Shown here one piece after another: positions 17,376 to 27,376 of a stretch of 43,233 bases of DNA. The stretch is from Candidatus Bathyarchaeota archaeon (GTDB lineage: Archaea > Thermoproteota > Bathyarchaeia > Bathyarchaeales > DTEX01), in NCBI GenBank assembly GCA_018396555.1, contig JAGTQL010000001.1, forward strand, positions 22,273 to 65,505, read 5' to 3'. A program made the position numbers and the translations under genes. The notes beneath the pieces are model-generated. The model saw only the letters and a program-made list of their open reading frames with translations, did not search any database and had not been told where the DNA came from. Position 1 is the stretch's first letter, and each line of letters opens with the position of its first letter.

Positions 17376-18342
17376 GTTTTTCCCCAAGAAAATAATAATA
17401 TGCAATCACTCTTATATATGTTTAAGAAACCGTCATACTGAAAATAAATATTTCTAACAATCTTGCTTCGCGGCTTCTTTTTCACCTTCTCTCCACAGAG
17501 ACGTGGAAACTTAAGGTCTGTCTTTTGAATAGTCAACGGGTTTTAAGCTTCTCATTTCACCGATAAAGGACCGAACGATGCCTAAAACATCTGAAAACAC
17601 CCGTTCTCCCAATAGACTGAAAAACCATCCATCCCCCACTATAGAAACCTTAAGTTGCCATGTCTCCACACAGGTTCATTAGCATTTTATATGCGTATGC
17701 TTCAACCGCTGATTCCTTCCCATAAAGGTCTGGCGGGGACAGTTAACGGGATCATTATTGGAGCGAAAAAGAGATACAAGATTGCAGATCTGCAAAACCG
17801 GGATGTAAACGGTTGCGAATTTGAAGTTTGCAGTTAAAGTTTGCTCCTCTAGTCTGGACAGCATAAAAAATCTAGAGGGGGTATCAACTTTAGGAAGGAA
17901 AACCAGCCATAAAATTGCAATGTTGAACCGTATAGGCAGTAGGTAGAGTGCGCCGGATTGTTAGGGCGGATGCTCAGAGAGCTGGGATGAAGATTCTATA
18001 AACTATCCCTGGATGGCGTGGCTCCACCTATGTGAAGGGCTTCAGCGGATATGCAGCCGCTGCGTAATTGGGCGCACGCATGGTAAGATGCGACGTATGA
18101 GAAAGCTCGATGTGGAGATAACTATAAAAAAATATAAATGCAACCTTCAATGAAGAAATGAACAAACATGCGGGATTAAATTGTTGAAAAGCGAAGCGGA
18201 ATGTCTTATGCGCTTGTTGAAAATATTAGGCAGCGAGCTGGATACTTGCCCGCCGCAAGCTTCGGTTTTGCCAGCGGAGACCTCCTTTGAGAAAGAGCGT
18301 GATGCGCTTAAACAGCATGAAGCGGGCTGAGGAGGGCTGAAA

Positions 18343-18579
18343 ATGAGATGGGAAAAGCTGTTTTGCATATTATCAATAGCGCTGAATATTTTGGGATGCT
18401 GGGTGATGTGGGAAGCCGTTGTCCGCCCGCTGAGAAACATGGTTCCAGGAGGCTGGGATAAAGGTTTTCCCTCACCGTTTTACATTTTTGAGGCACCAAT
18501 CTGGTTCTGGCATGACCTGGCAATCACATTAATTTTAATTGGAACAGTAATACTCGCCTATCTTGCGTTTAAAGATTAG
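18343..18579 (+). CDS. Small two-TM hypothetical membrane protein
   Basis: 78 aa with two hydrophobic segments; GGAGG upstream. Confidence 0.5.
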   Translation: MRWEKLFCILSIALNILGCWVMWEAVVRPLRNMVPGGWDKGFPSPFYIFEAPIWFWHDLAITLILIGTVILAYLAFKD

Positions 18580-18594
18580 ACACTCGCTTAGAAA

Positions 18595-18664
18595 GATACT
18601 GTCAAGTTAAGCCCATTTATTTAAATACTCCTTTATAAGTACAGTATCTTAACTTGACAGTATC
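18595..18664. mobile_element. 70-bp MITE with perfect 17-bp TIRs and 9-bp TSD
   Basis: GATACTGTCAAGTTAAG (18595-18611) and CTTAACTTGACAGTATC (18648-18664), flanked by GCTTAGAAA at 18586-18594 and 18665-18673. Confidence 0.88.
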
Positions 18665-18736
18665 GCTTAGAAAAGGCAATATCCTTAAATAATTAATTGA
18701 TGCTCAAATAGTTTCTTTTTGAGGCGAACACCAATT

Positions 18737-19279
18737 ATGGAGAGGGGAAAAAGAATAGTATGGATCGTCAGAGACTACTTGAAATGCACTGGATGCAGAA
18801 GATGCGAAATCGCCTGCTCCCTAACCCATGAGGGATGGATATGGCCTGAGGCTTCAAGGATAAGGGTCTTTATGCTTGCCCCCGGAGTTGAGGTCCCGCA
18901 TCTATGTGCCCAATGCCACGATTATCCATGCGTTGAAGCATGCCCAGTTGGAGCGCTGACAGTTGATGATGCGACAGGCGCTGTTTTAGTCACCAGGGAT
19001 AAATGCACCGGCTGCGGAGTATGCATACATAAGTGCCCTGGAAACATACCTTTCCTCCATCCCAAGGATGGGAAAGCAACGATATGCGACCTTTGCGGCG
19101 GAGAACCGCAATGCGCCAAGGTATGCCAAGAGGCCAAATTTAACGCCCTCTGGACCGTTAGGGAGGAAAGAGTCGGCTGGGGAAGCATAAACAGGAAACT
19201 CTTCGCCAGACCGCCTGAGGAACTCACAGAGGATGTTGCAATAAACCTTTATGGAGAAAAGTCCGAGGAGATGATCTAG
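18737..19279 (+). CDS. Polyferredoxin (4Fe-4S) small subunit, WOR5S-like
   Basis: CTGCRRCEIAC, CAQC..YPCVEAC, CTGCGVC...C and CDLCGG.PQC motifs; HEG.IWPEASRIRV. Confidence 0.9.
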   Translation: MERGKRIVWIVRDYLKCTGCRRCEIACSLTHEGWIWPEASRIRVFMLAPGVEVPHLCAQCHDYPCVEACPVGALTVDDATGAVLVTRDKCTGCGVCIHKCPGNIPFLHPKDGKATICDLCGGEPQCAKVCQEAKFNALWTVREERVGWGSINRKLFARPPEELTEDVAINLYGEKSEEMI

Positions 19280-21121
19280 ATGCCGAGAGGATATGCAGGT
19301 AAATTCCTTGAAATTGACTTGTCCTCAGGGAGCATAAAAGACACGGTCTTCAGCGATGAGATATTGAAGAACTACGTTGGAGGCAGAGGCTTAGCCTCAA
19401 AAATCCTTTGGGACAGGCTTGGACAAAGATGGGAAACCGTGGATCCGCTCGGGCCAGAGAACATTTTCCTAGCCCTAACCGGACCGTTAACGGGCATAAA
19501 CCCAGGCGCTAGGATATGCATATCGGGCAAGAGCCCGCAATGCAACGGGATTATTGGATCAACATTAAGCGGGGAGTTCCCTGTGGATCTTAGATGCGCT
19601 GGCTACGACGGGGTAATAGTTACGGGCAAAGCCGAGAAGCCTGTCTACATCCTCGTAACAGATGATCATGCTGAAACCAGAAGCGCCGAGCACGTATGGG
19701 GTAAGGAGGCCATAGAAACAATAAGAGCCCTAGTGAAGGAAACCCGCGATCTGCTTAAAGAGAGAAAACCCAATGTGGGAAAAATTAAGGAGCCATCCAT
19801 GATATATTGCGGTCCAGCCGGCGAAAGCATGGTTAGGACGGCTGCTGTAATGCAGAAGATCAGCCACGCCGCCGGATACGGCGGATACGGCGCAGTCATG
19901 GGCTCAAAGAACCTTAAGGCTATAGTTGCCAAGGGAACCAAGCCCCTGCCAAGCGCGGCTAACCCCGAAACAGTGAAGATCCTACTGAGGGAAATCGATA
20001 GGAGGCTTATTGAAAGGGATAGGATGAGGCGTTGGGGAACCGGCTACGGCGGATATGAAGTAGGCGCGAGGCAAAGCTCTGAGCCTATTAGAAATTGGCA
20101 GGAGGAATGGCATAATGAGGAAAGATTCGGCGGGCCTAAATTCGACTTAAGATACTGGGTTAAAAGATACTGGGGAGACTTCAACTGCTCAGCATGCTGC
20201 ATGAAAATATCCGTTATTAAAGCCGGGCCATATAAGGGGGCCATCACGGATGACCCTGATTACGAGATGCAAGCCTACCTCGGACCGAACCTGGGAATAT
20301 TCGACCCGGACAAATGCATATACCTCTCGGCTCTAATGGACTACTTAGGTTTCTCAGGCATAAACGGAGGCAACACGCTTGCCTTCGCGGCTGAACTATA
20401 CGAGAGGGGGATACTCACCAAGGAAGATCTAGGCTTCGAGCTGAAGTGGGGAGACGTAGAAGCATTCGAGAATCTTGCGAGGAAAATAGTTAAGCGTGAG
20501 GGAATATGCGACATACTTGCCGAGGGAACGTATAGGGCGGCTCTCAAAATATCTGAAATGAAGGGCGTAGACGCAGTTAAATACGCTGTGCACGTTAAAG
20601 GCGTTGAGGTAGGCGCCCATGGAACAAGAAGCGGATTGGACTATAACCCAATTGGATACGCATGCTCAGCCCAATGCGGAGACCACACTTCGGGAGTCTA
20701 CGACGCATATAACGACATGGGAATGGTCTTCCTAGACTCGGCGGTGATATGCAGCTTCTGCTCCCATGAACTCATCTGGGACCTCTATAGGGCAGTCACA
20801 GGATGGGAAACCACGCGGGACGAATGGAACAGGGTTCTAGGACGAAGAATAATCCAAATCCAAAGGGCAACCCTCCTCCTGGGAGGACCGGACATATTCT
20901 GGGATCCAACGCTGCATGATGACAACCCCCCCAGATTCTATGAGCCGCTCCCCTCAGGCCCCTTCAAAGGTAAAACCACAGATAGAAAAACCTTCGAGGA
21001 GATGAGGAAGCAATATTACAAAGCAATCGGCTGGGACGGAAAGGGGATTCCGGAAACCGAAGAACTTAGGAAACTGGGACTTGAAGACATTGATAAAGCC
21101 CTGGAAAAACTAAGAAAATAG
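19280..21121 (+). CDS. wor5: Tungsten AOR-family oxidoreductase large subunit, WOR5/ASOR-like
   Basis: GGRGL, KSP and GAVMGSKNLKA (AOR family). HAAGYGGYG, SSEPIRNWQEE, YWGD..C...CMK and DDNPPRFYEPLPSGP are segments recalled from P. furiosus WOR5. Confidence 0.85.
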   Translation: MPRGYAGKFLEIDLSSGSIKDTVFSDEILKNYVGGRGLASKILWDRLGQRWETVDPLGPENIFLALTGPLTGINPGARICISGKSPQCNGIIGSTLSGEFPVDLRCAGYDGVIVTGKAEKPVYILVTDDHAETRSAEHVWGKEAIETIRALVKETRDLLKERKPNVGKIKEPSMIYCGPAGESMVRTAAVMQKISHAAGYGGYGAVMGSKNLKAIVAKGTKPLPSAANPETVKILLREIDRRLIERDRMRRWGTGYGGYEVGARQSSEPIRNWQEEWHNEERFGGPKFDLRYWVKRYWGDFNCSACCMKISVIKAGPYKGAITDDPDYEMQAYLGPNLGIFDPDKCIYLSALMDYLGFSGINGGNTLAFAAELYERGILTKEDLGFELKWGDVEAFENLARKIVKREGICDILAEGTYRAALKISEMKGVDAVKYAVHVKGVEVGAHGTRSGLDYNPIGYACSAQCGDHTSGVYDAYNDMGMVFLDSAVICSFCSHELIWDLYRAVTGWETTRDEWNRVLGRRIIQIQRATLLLGGPDIFWDPTLHDDNPPRFYEPLPSGPFKGKTTDRKTFEEMRKQYYKAIGWDGKGIPETEELRKLGLEDIDKALEKLRK

Positions 21122-21171
21122 GCACGTGGAAAATCCACCCTTATTTTTTATATATTTGCGGCGGATCCACC

Positions 21172-21462
21172 ATGAAAATAGAAGTCAGGGTTTTCGGGGA
21201 CCTCATAGATTTCCTAGGCAGCAGCAAATTAACCATCGAGCTAGGGGAAGGAGCCAAAGTCGCCGACTTAATCTCAAAGATGGCTGAAGTAAAAGCTGGA
21301 TTCAGGGAGAAAATGGAGGTCTTATCTAGAAGGCGGGGCGCAACGGACTACGGCTTAACAATACTCGTGAATGGAAAAAACATAAATGTCCTAAATGGCT
21401 TGGAGACGCAGCTGAAAGACGGCGACACCGTGGTCTTTTTGCCGCCAGTCGCCGGGGGATAA
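21172..21462 (+). CDS. moaD: MoaD/SAMP ubiquitin-like sulfur carrier
   Basis: ILVNG...L.DGD.V.FLPPVAGG with C-terminal GG. Confidence 0.9.
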   Translation: MKIEVRVFGDLIDFLGSSKLTIELGEGAKVADLISKMAEVKAGFREKMEVLSRRRGATDYGLTILVNGKNINVLNGLETQLKDGDTVVFLPPVAGG

Positions 21463-21522
21463 TCAAGCGTTAAACCAGGTTTTGGTTTAAACTTAACCCG
21501 CAGCTTCACCCTTCTTAAAGCA

Positions 21523-22665
21523 TCAATATGGAGAGGTTAGGACGATTTCCCCATCCTTAATGACTTTTATAACGCTTAATTTTCGCTTACAGACCCTCCG
21601 TTCGCCAGCTGCATCCGCAAGTGGGAAACTTCCCTCCTCAAGCCTTAATACGGCAATGTCCCCGCATGCCCCAGGCCTCAGAGTCCCAATAAAGTTTTCC
21701 CGACCTAGAACCTCAGCCGGCTTAGCCGTCACCGCCCTCACAACTTCCTCAAGGGATAAACCCAAATATAGAAATTTCGACATGGTTGTGGGCAGATCGT
21801 AAACTGGACCCTCGTAGCTCCCACTATGAAGGTCGGTGCTTATCGTATCCGGCTTTACTCCCTGCTCCAAACCCTTCTCGGCGACAGACCATCTGAAGCT
21901 AGCCGCTCCATGGCCGACGTCTAAAATCACACCGCGCCTTACAGCCTCAAAAAATTCAGGCTGAACACGCCCCTTCTCATCCAGCAGCCCATCATGCTGC
22001 TCAATACGTAAACCATGATAGAGATGCGTCACCACATCGCCCTTCCTCAGATATTTCAGAGTCTCAGGCTGAAGATGATTCTCAACCATCAGAAGGCATC
22101 CGGCCCTGTCCGCAGCCTCCCTAGCTAACTTAACCCCTTCAATCCCATGATGAGCCCACTTTATTCCCAAAACAACATCCCGATTCCGCCTAATCAAATC
22201 CACAGTTCCATCAACATTAATGAACATGTCATCGCGACCAGCTATCAGGCCAGCCCACCTTTGATTAGGACGGGAAAACTCTATCATGCCCTGAGACTCA
22301 ATATTCAATAGGGCGTAAACCCTAGTTTTAACATTCCCAATCACATACCTCCTAAAGCCCATGAAATTCAACTCACCGGTTGAACCCGCATCCAGAACCG
22401 TGGTGCTGCCCTTAGCCAGACAGGCCAAATCAGGATTAACCGCGAGATAAGCGATCCCATAGCAGCAGTGAACGTGAAGGTCAATCAGCCCAGGCGTAAC
22501 TATTGCACCCGAAGCGTCGATCACGCGCCTCGAACCGGAGGCGTTTATTCCCCTCCGCAGATCAGCAATCACACCGTCTAATACGGCAACATCCATCACC
22601 TCCTTTATTCCCTGAGATGGATCCATGACCAAACCGTTTTTTATAACAATATCATAGCCGCTCAT
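21523..22665 (-). CDS. Dihydroorotase-like amidohydrolase/deacetylase (EF_0837-type)
   Basis: PGLIDLHVH, DAGSTG, DVGHG..SF and PDTISTDLH motifs. Confidence 0.85.
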   Translation of the reverse strand: MSGYDIVIKNGLVMDPSQGIKEVMDVAVLDGVIADLRRGINASGSRRVIDASGAIVTPGLIDLHVHCCYGIAYLAVNPDLACLAKGSTTVLDAGSTGELNFMGFRRYVIGNVKTRVYALLNIESQGMIEFSRPNQRWAGLIAGRDDMFINVDGTVDLIRRNRDVVLGIKWAHHGIEGVKLAREAADRAGCLLMVENHLQPETLKYLRKGDVVTHLYHGLRIEQHDGLLDEKGRVQPEFFEAVRRGVILDVGHGAASFRWSVAEKGLEQGVKPDTISTDLHSGSYEGPVYDLPTTMSKFLYLGLSLEEVVRAVTAKPAEVLGRENFIGTLRPGACGDIAVLRLEEGSFPLADAAGERRVCKRKLSVIKVIKDGEIVLTSPY

Positions 22666-23795
22666 CCCAAAATCGCCCTCAAAATCTCCCTTATCCTACA
22701 TGCTATCGTCTCCCACTCCCCATCCTGGAGACATTGAGGATTCACAATCACACCGTCCTCATCGAGAAGCGTATATATGGGCGGATCCCCCTCTAAAAGA
22801 AGCCTATGAAGATCCCTAGCGGATAAACCCAGATGGCCCCAATTCAAGATTATCTTCGCCCTGGGCCAACCCTGAGCCGAATACTCATGCCTAGACGGAT
22901 CAGGCATCAGCCTCTCGATCCTAACGTTTCCATCGGAGAGCTCTCTAATGAAAAACTGAACGATCTCCTCCCACCTGCGCTTTCTAGCCTCAACAGCCTC
23001 AGGAGTATAATGCCTCAAAGCCACAACGAGTCCAACTATATCCTCCTTACTCACCTTCATCGGCCTACCCATGTAATGATGAGGGCAGCCGTGAGCCGCA
23101 ACCGCCCTTATAAGATCAGCCCTACCCACTATGAAGCCCGTGTCATTCGGCCCGCGTATATCCTTCCCACCGCTGAAGGCAACGAGGTCAGCTCCAGCCG
23201 CCACTATCTCGCGCAGATTCTCAATTGGAGGAAGCTCAGCTGCGGCGTCCACAATAACGGGTATATTATGCTTCTTTCCAACCTTAACAACTTCTCTCAA
23301 CGCTTCCAGATCGCACCCCCTCTTCGAGGTGAAGAACATGAAGGCTATGGCCACCGTTTTCTCACTGATCGCCCCCTCGATATCTTCCGGGGAAAAACCC
23401 TCCTCAGATCCCACCCTAACTATTTTTGCGCATGGAATAGCGAGATTACGACAGTAGGGATTATCATGCAGAGCAGGCAGAATAACCTCATTCCTAAAGC
23501 CCTGAACATAGGGCATTTTAGCCATCTTCTCCGGGTCATCACCAGTCATGCACGCCGCAACGGCCAAGACTAAAGCGGCCGCAGCCCCAGAGGTAACATA
23601 GGCAGCTTCAGCGCCGGTTATTTCAGCTATAATTTCACCAGCCCTCCTCTGAAGATCCTCCATGTTTACGAAAGCCTTAGCGGCCTCACGCATCGCTTCA
23701 AGAGCTTCAGGCAATATTATGGAGCCGCCTAAGAAAGTGTAGGTCCCCATAGCGTTAATGACCCGCTTAACCCCCAAAGCGTCATAGACGCTCAT
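22662..23795 (-). CDS. SelA-like PLP enzyme (DgaE-type ammonia-lyase family)
   Basis: VINAMGT.T.LGGS, VDAAAE, FSGGK (PLP Lys) and GRPMKVSKE motifs. Confidence 0.85.
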   Translation of the reverse strand: MSVYDALGVKRVINAMGTYTFLGGSIILPEALEAMREAAKAFVNMEDLQRRAGEIIAEITGAEAAYVTSGAAAALVLAVAACMTGDDPEKMAKMPYVQGFRNEVILPALHDNPYCRNLAIPCAKIVRVGSEEGFSPEDIEGAISEKTVAIAFMFFTSKRGCDLEALREVVKVGKKHNIPVIVDAAAELPPIENLREIVAAGADLVAFSGGKDIRGPNDTGFIVGRADLIRAVAAHGCPHHYMGRPMKVSKEDIVGLVVALRHYTPEAVEARKRRWEEIVQFFIRELSDGNVRIERLMPDPSRHEYSAQGWPRAKIILNWGHLGLSARDLHRLLLEGDPPIYTLLDEDGVIVNPQCLQDGEWETIACRIREILRAILG

Positions 23796-23826
23796 TTCAG
23801 CCCCAGCCTGATGCGCTCAGAAACCC

Positions 23827-24222
23827 TTAACTTGGCTTATAGGCAATAGCATCGATCTCCACAAGAACATTCTCTCCAGGCCTAGGAATCTTCGAAACTT
23901 GGACGCATGTTCTGGCCGGCGGAACCTTAAAGTATAAACCATAAACCTCATTCATCTCACTATAATTGTTCATGTCGGTTAGGAAGACGGTGCATTTCAA
24001 AACGTTCTCCAGGCTGCTTCCAGCCTCCTCAAGTATAGCCTTCATGGACTCCATAACCCTCCGCGTCTGCTCCCTTATCCCGCCCTCAACAACCTTTCCG
24101 GTTTCCGGATCATGAGGACCTATGCCTGAAATAAACAGCAAATCTCCGAAGACAACCGCCCTAGAAAGGAATTTACCTTGCCCCAGAGCCTTCTTGCCTT
24201 TAGACATAAATTTAACCTCCAC
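23827..24222 (-). CDS. ridA: RidA/YjgF family imine deaminase
   Basis: S.AV..GDLLFISG, NEVY, PARTCV and VEIDAIA motifs. Confidence 0.9.
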   Translation of the reverse strand: MEVKFMSKGKKALGQGKFLSRAVVFGDLLFISGIGPHDPETGKVVEGGIREQTRRVMESMKAILEEAGSSLENVLKCTVFLTDMNNYSEMNEVYGLYFKVPPARTCVQVSKIPRPGENVLVEIDAIAYKPS

Positions 24223-24364
24223 AATTCCGCTGAAATAGATTTAATTGCCACATGTAAATAAGGCTTAAGTAATTAATTCTTAACTTAAAATCTATTTAGA
24301 GGAGCCCAAACCTAATAAGGAGTGATATGAAAAGAAAAGACGGGAAATAGCTTAATGCGCTACT

Positions 24365-25087
24365 GTGGTGGTGTCAAGCTTGGTTCTGCCAGCTAAAGTA
24401 TTCGAGATAAAAGAGGAGGTTAATATGGGTTTCGCCGCCCAAAAGCTTAAGTATTTCCGCGAGGAGGAACCGTACACGACGGTTACCGGTGAAACAGTAA
24501 GTTTAGTTGCGGAAGTTTTAGATCTTAAAATGGATGAGAATTCAATCTCCGGAGTGTTCAGCAGAGACTTTATCCGCAGCCGCCCCTACAGGCGTAAAAT
24601 ATCTGAGATGCCTGTGACTGAGGAATCACCATTCTGGATACGAAAATTTAACGATAGATTCTTCCTAATAGTTTTGGCGCCCTCAACAGCGCGGGGCATA
24701 AAGAAGCTGCTGACAAACTATGTCGCTAACAAACTGAGCAGGGTTCTATTCATAAAACCCAACGTCATACTTGAAGTTGAGATACCCCATGAGAAGCTCA
24801 AAAATTTACATGAGTCGAACCCGCAAGCGACAAAACTAATATGGTTTGACAACGTCGACATACCGGGCGTTGAGAAGCTCTGTCTAGCGGGCTCAGACCT
24901 CGCAGACACAAGCCTCTATCAGGATTATCTTAAGCATGGAAAAATCTGGTATGTTGTCTTTGAGGTTCAGAAAAGAGGCATGGTCATCGGGGTTGCAAGA
25001 AACTGCGTAGTAACCCTCTTCAGCAAAAGCCCAATAGGAGATTATATAGACTACATAACTGAGGATATTCTTCCACTTATCGAGTGA
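24365..25087 (+). CDS. Hypothetical protein (240 aa)
   Basis: Long, clean ORF with normal composition; no motif recognised with confidence. Confidence 0.75.
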   Translation: MVVSSLVLPAKVFEIKEEVNMGFAAQKLKYFREEEPYTTVTGETVSLVAEVLDLKMDENSISGVFSRDFIRSRPYRRKISEMPVTEESPFWIRKFNDRFFLIVLAPSTARGIKKLLTNYVANKLSRVLFIKPNVILEVEIPHEKLKNLHESNPQATKLIWFDNVDIPGVEKLCLAGSDLADTSLYQDYLKHGKIWYVVFEVQKRGMVIGVARNCVVTLFSKSPIGDYIDYITEDILPLIE

Positions 25088-25124
25088 GGGCCAAACTTGC
25101 GGCTGGATTTAAGGCAACAGCGCG

Positions 25125-26378
25125 CTACTCAGCTTCCACTATAGATTTCGGTTCCCACTCGCCCAAATGAACCTTAGGCTTATAGCCCCTTAAAGCCCCC
25201 GGATTAAACTTTATCCTCCTTCCCTTCTCGGCCGACATGTAGGCCGCCATCATGAGCTGCGTCACCAGCAGACCGTCCATCCAATTCTCCTCAGGCTGCG
25301 CACCCTTAAGGAAGCAGTCAACCATATATCTGTTCTCATCCTGATAACCATAGGTTATTGCCTCATTCGGTATTATGGGCATAAGCCCCTGCTCAGCCGC
25401 CTGCTTCTCAACAAACTCCTCCGTCGGCGGCGCCTTAATGTTCCTACTGAAGAAGACGCTTAGCTCCTGCTGCAAACTATTTATTGTAACCGAGTACTCC
25501 GGACCTAAAACCTCAAAGGTAAGCCTTAAGCCAGGGCCCACAAAGCTCCACGATGTCCTAGCCTCCGACAGAACTAGGCTGCCATCCTCATCCTCGTAAA
25601 CCACAAGCGTTAAGGCGTAATCTTCAGCCGGCGTCCGCCCATAATCAACACCGAAGTCCCTTTTAACCTTAGACAAGTAGGGCTCCCTAGTCCACTTAAG
25701 CGATGCAATCGTCGACTGGACAACCAAGGGTTTTAGGGAATCCTTAGGCTTATCAGGATTTATGAGCATATACCTGCTTGCCTCTAAGCTGTGGCATGTC
25801 ATGTCTAATAGGACCCCGCCGCCGGAAAGCTGAGGGTTCCAGAACCACGCCGAGTGGGGTCCACCGTGCTCCTCAGCAGCCCTGGCTAAATATGGTCTCC
25901 CAGAATATTTGGCGCCGTACTTCCATACGGCTTCCCTCGCCCTAGTAACGGATGGGGCGAAAACCTGATCTTCAAGGTAACCGTGCAGAAGCCCGGTCTT
26001 CTCAATCAACCTAACCATTTCCTCAGCCTCATCAACAGTCCTTGCGAGCGGTTTTTCGCAGCACACCCCAACAATATTTGTTTTGCCCTGCGAAGCCTCC
26101 TCAGCGATCGCCCTTACAACCTCAAGCCTCATAAAGTTTGGGTTAACTATCCAAACAGCATTAACCGAAGGGTCGGAGAGCATCTCCCTTAAATCCGTGT
26201 AAACCTTCGGCTTACCAACGCCCAAGGACTCCGCAAGCCTAGATAGCTGGCGGGCGCTTCCCTCCCTAACGTTATATATGGCCGCTATCTCAGCGTTCCT
26301 TATACCGGTCCAAGATAATGTGTGAAACCTCGCAACGAAACCTGAACCTATAAAACCAACGCCCAGCTTATCCAACAC
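25125..26378 (-). CDS. Gfo/Idh/MocA-family oxidoreductase
   Basis: GFIGSGFVA, CEKPLA and GGGVLLDMTCH motifs. Confidence 0.92.
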   Translation of the reverse strand: MLDKLGVGFIGSGFVARFHTLSWTGIRNAEIAAIYNVREGSARQLSRLAESLGVGKPKVYTDLREMLSDPSVNAVWIVNPNFMRLEVVRAIAEEASQGKTNIVGVCCEKPLARTVDEAEEMVRLIEKTGLLHGYLEDQVFAPSVTRAREAVWKYGAKYSGRPYLARAAEEHGGPHSAWFWNPQLSGGGVLLDMTCHSLEASRYMLINPDKPKDSLKPLVVQSTIASLKWTREPYLSKVKRDFGVDYGRTPAEDYALTLVVYEDEDGSLVLSEARTSWSFVGPGLRLTFEVLGPEYSVTINSLQQELSVFFSRNIKAPPTEEFVEKQAAEQGLMPIIPNEAITYGYQDENRYMVDCFLKGAQPEENWMDGLLVTQLMMAAYMSAEKGRRIKFNPGALRGYKPKVHLGEWEPKSIVEAE

Positions 26379-26460
26379 CTTTCACCCTAAAAATGTTAAG
26401 ATAACAAATAATATTTTATTATTTTTTCCCTTCCCAGCAATTTTCAATATTTTATTGCTT

Positions 26461-27180
26461 TTACGTTAAATCTCCGCAGGCGCATTTAACCTCATAAAGT
26501 ATTGTTAAGAGCTCATCAAACCCAAATCCGGTTTTAGCCGATATCAGCGGAACCCTCTTAGGCGGGAAGAAGAAGCTCAATACCTTTAGGAGCTCCATAT
26601 CCATCTCCTCCCTCAGATTCGATGGTTTTCTGGCGTGAGTCTTCATCGGATCATTCAGGGCTTCCTTAATCCCAATTATTTCTTCGTGATCAAGAAGGTC
26701 CGCTTTATTTAGAACCGCTATAGTTTCGGTCTCAAGAGCGCAGTATGCTGTTAAAGCATAAAGATAGAAGCTTAGAAGATTCCCTTTTAATGCGGGGAGA
26801 TCCCCGATAAAAAGGCAGCATCTATCCGGAAACCCGCTAACTATTATTCTGCCAGCTTCTCTAAAGAGAAACGGCTCCAGCTGACCTGGAGTATCAAATA
26901 TCACATAATCTGAACCCTCAAACCTAGGAACAGTCATCCTGGCAAGCCGATTCATGGCTTCAAGAATAGCCCCATTAGGACCCAGATTCTCCTCACGCAT
27001 TATGCTCTCAACCGTAAAATTAGACCTAATATCGAAATCCGGCTCATAGCCCGGATCAAGAACGCCCGGATCTAAATTAACAAGCCTAACTACATAACCT
27101 TCACTAGTCAAGTATGATGAGAAATTCTTCGCCAACAAGCTTTTACCTGAACCAGCCGGACCAAGAATAAATATATTCAT
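26461..27180 (-). CDS. GPN-loop GTPase
   Basis: GPAGSGKS, NLDPG, LGPNG, DTPGQ, NKAD and ISAK motifs. Confidence 0.93.
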   Translation of the reverse strand: MNIFILGPAGSGKSLLAKNFSSYLTSEGYVVRLVNLDPGVLDPGYEPDFDIRSNFTVESIMREENLGPNGAILEAMNRLARMTVPRFEGSDYVIFDTPGQLEPFLFREAGRIIVSGFPDRCCLFIGDLPALKGNLLSFYLYALTAYCALETETIAVLNKADLLDHEEIIGIKEALNDPMKTHARKPSNLREEMDMELLKVLSFFFPPKRVPLISAKTGFGFDELLTILYEVKCACGDLT

Positions 27181-27376
27181 ATCCGCTCACAGTAAATTAA
27201 TCCTTAACATCATCTTAAACCTTTGTTTAACTAGCCAAATAGAGCCAAATTGCTGAGAAGCAGAATGCACTTCTATTCGACGAGAGAGTTAGGCTTTCAT
27301 CCTGGATTTGCTGAGCCTTTTGGCAAGGTTTAAATATGTAGATGTTGTTTTAAATTGTATACGGAGGCACAGTTCT

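Noticed and set aside
17460..18330. Long intergenic stretch checked for ncRNA (SRP, RNase P, C/D box) or genes
   Set aside because: No diagnostic motifs; the short ORFs are unconvincing. Left unannotated.
22662..23795. Selenocysteine synthase SelA
   Set aside because: Archaea use SepSecS. The shorter length and amidohydrolase/RidA context fit SelA-like lyases, and there are no sel genes or tRNA-Sec here.
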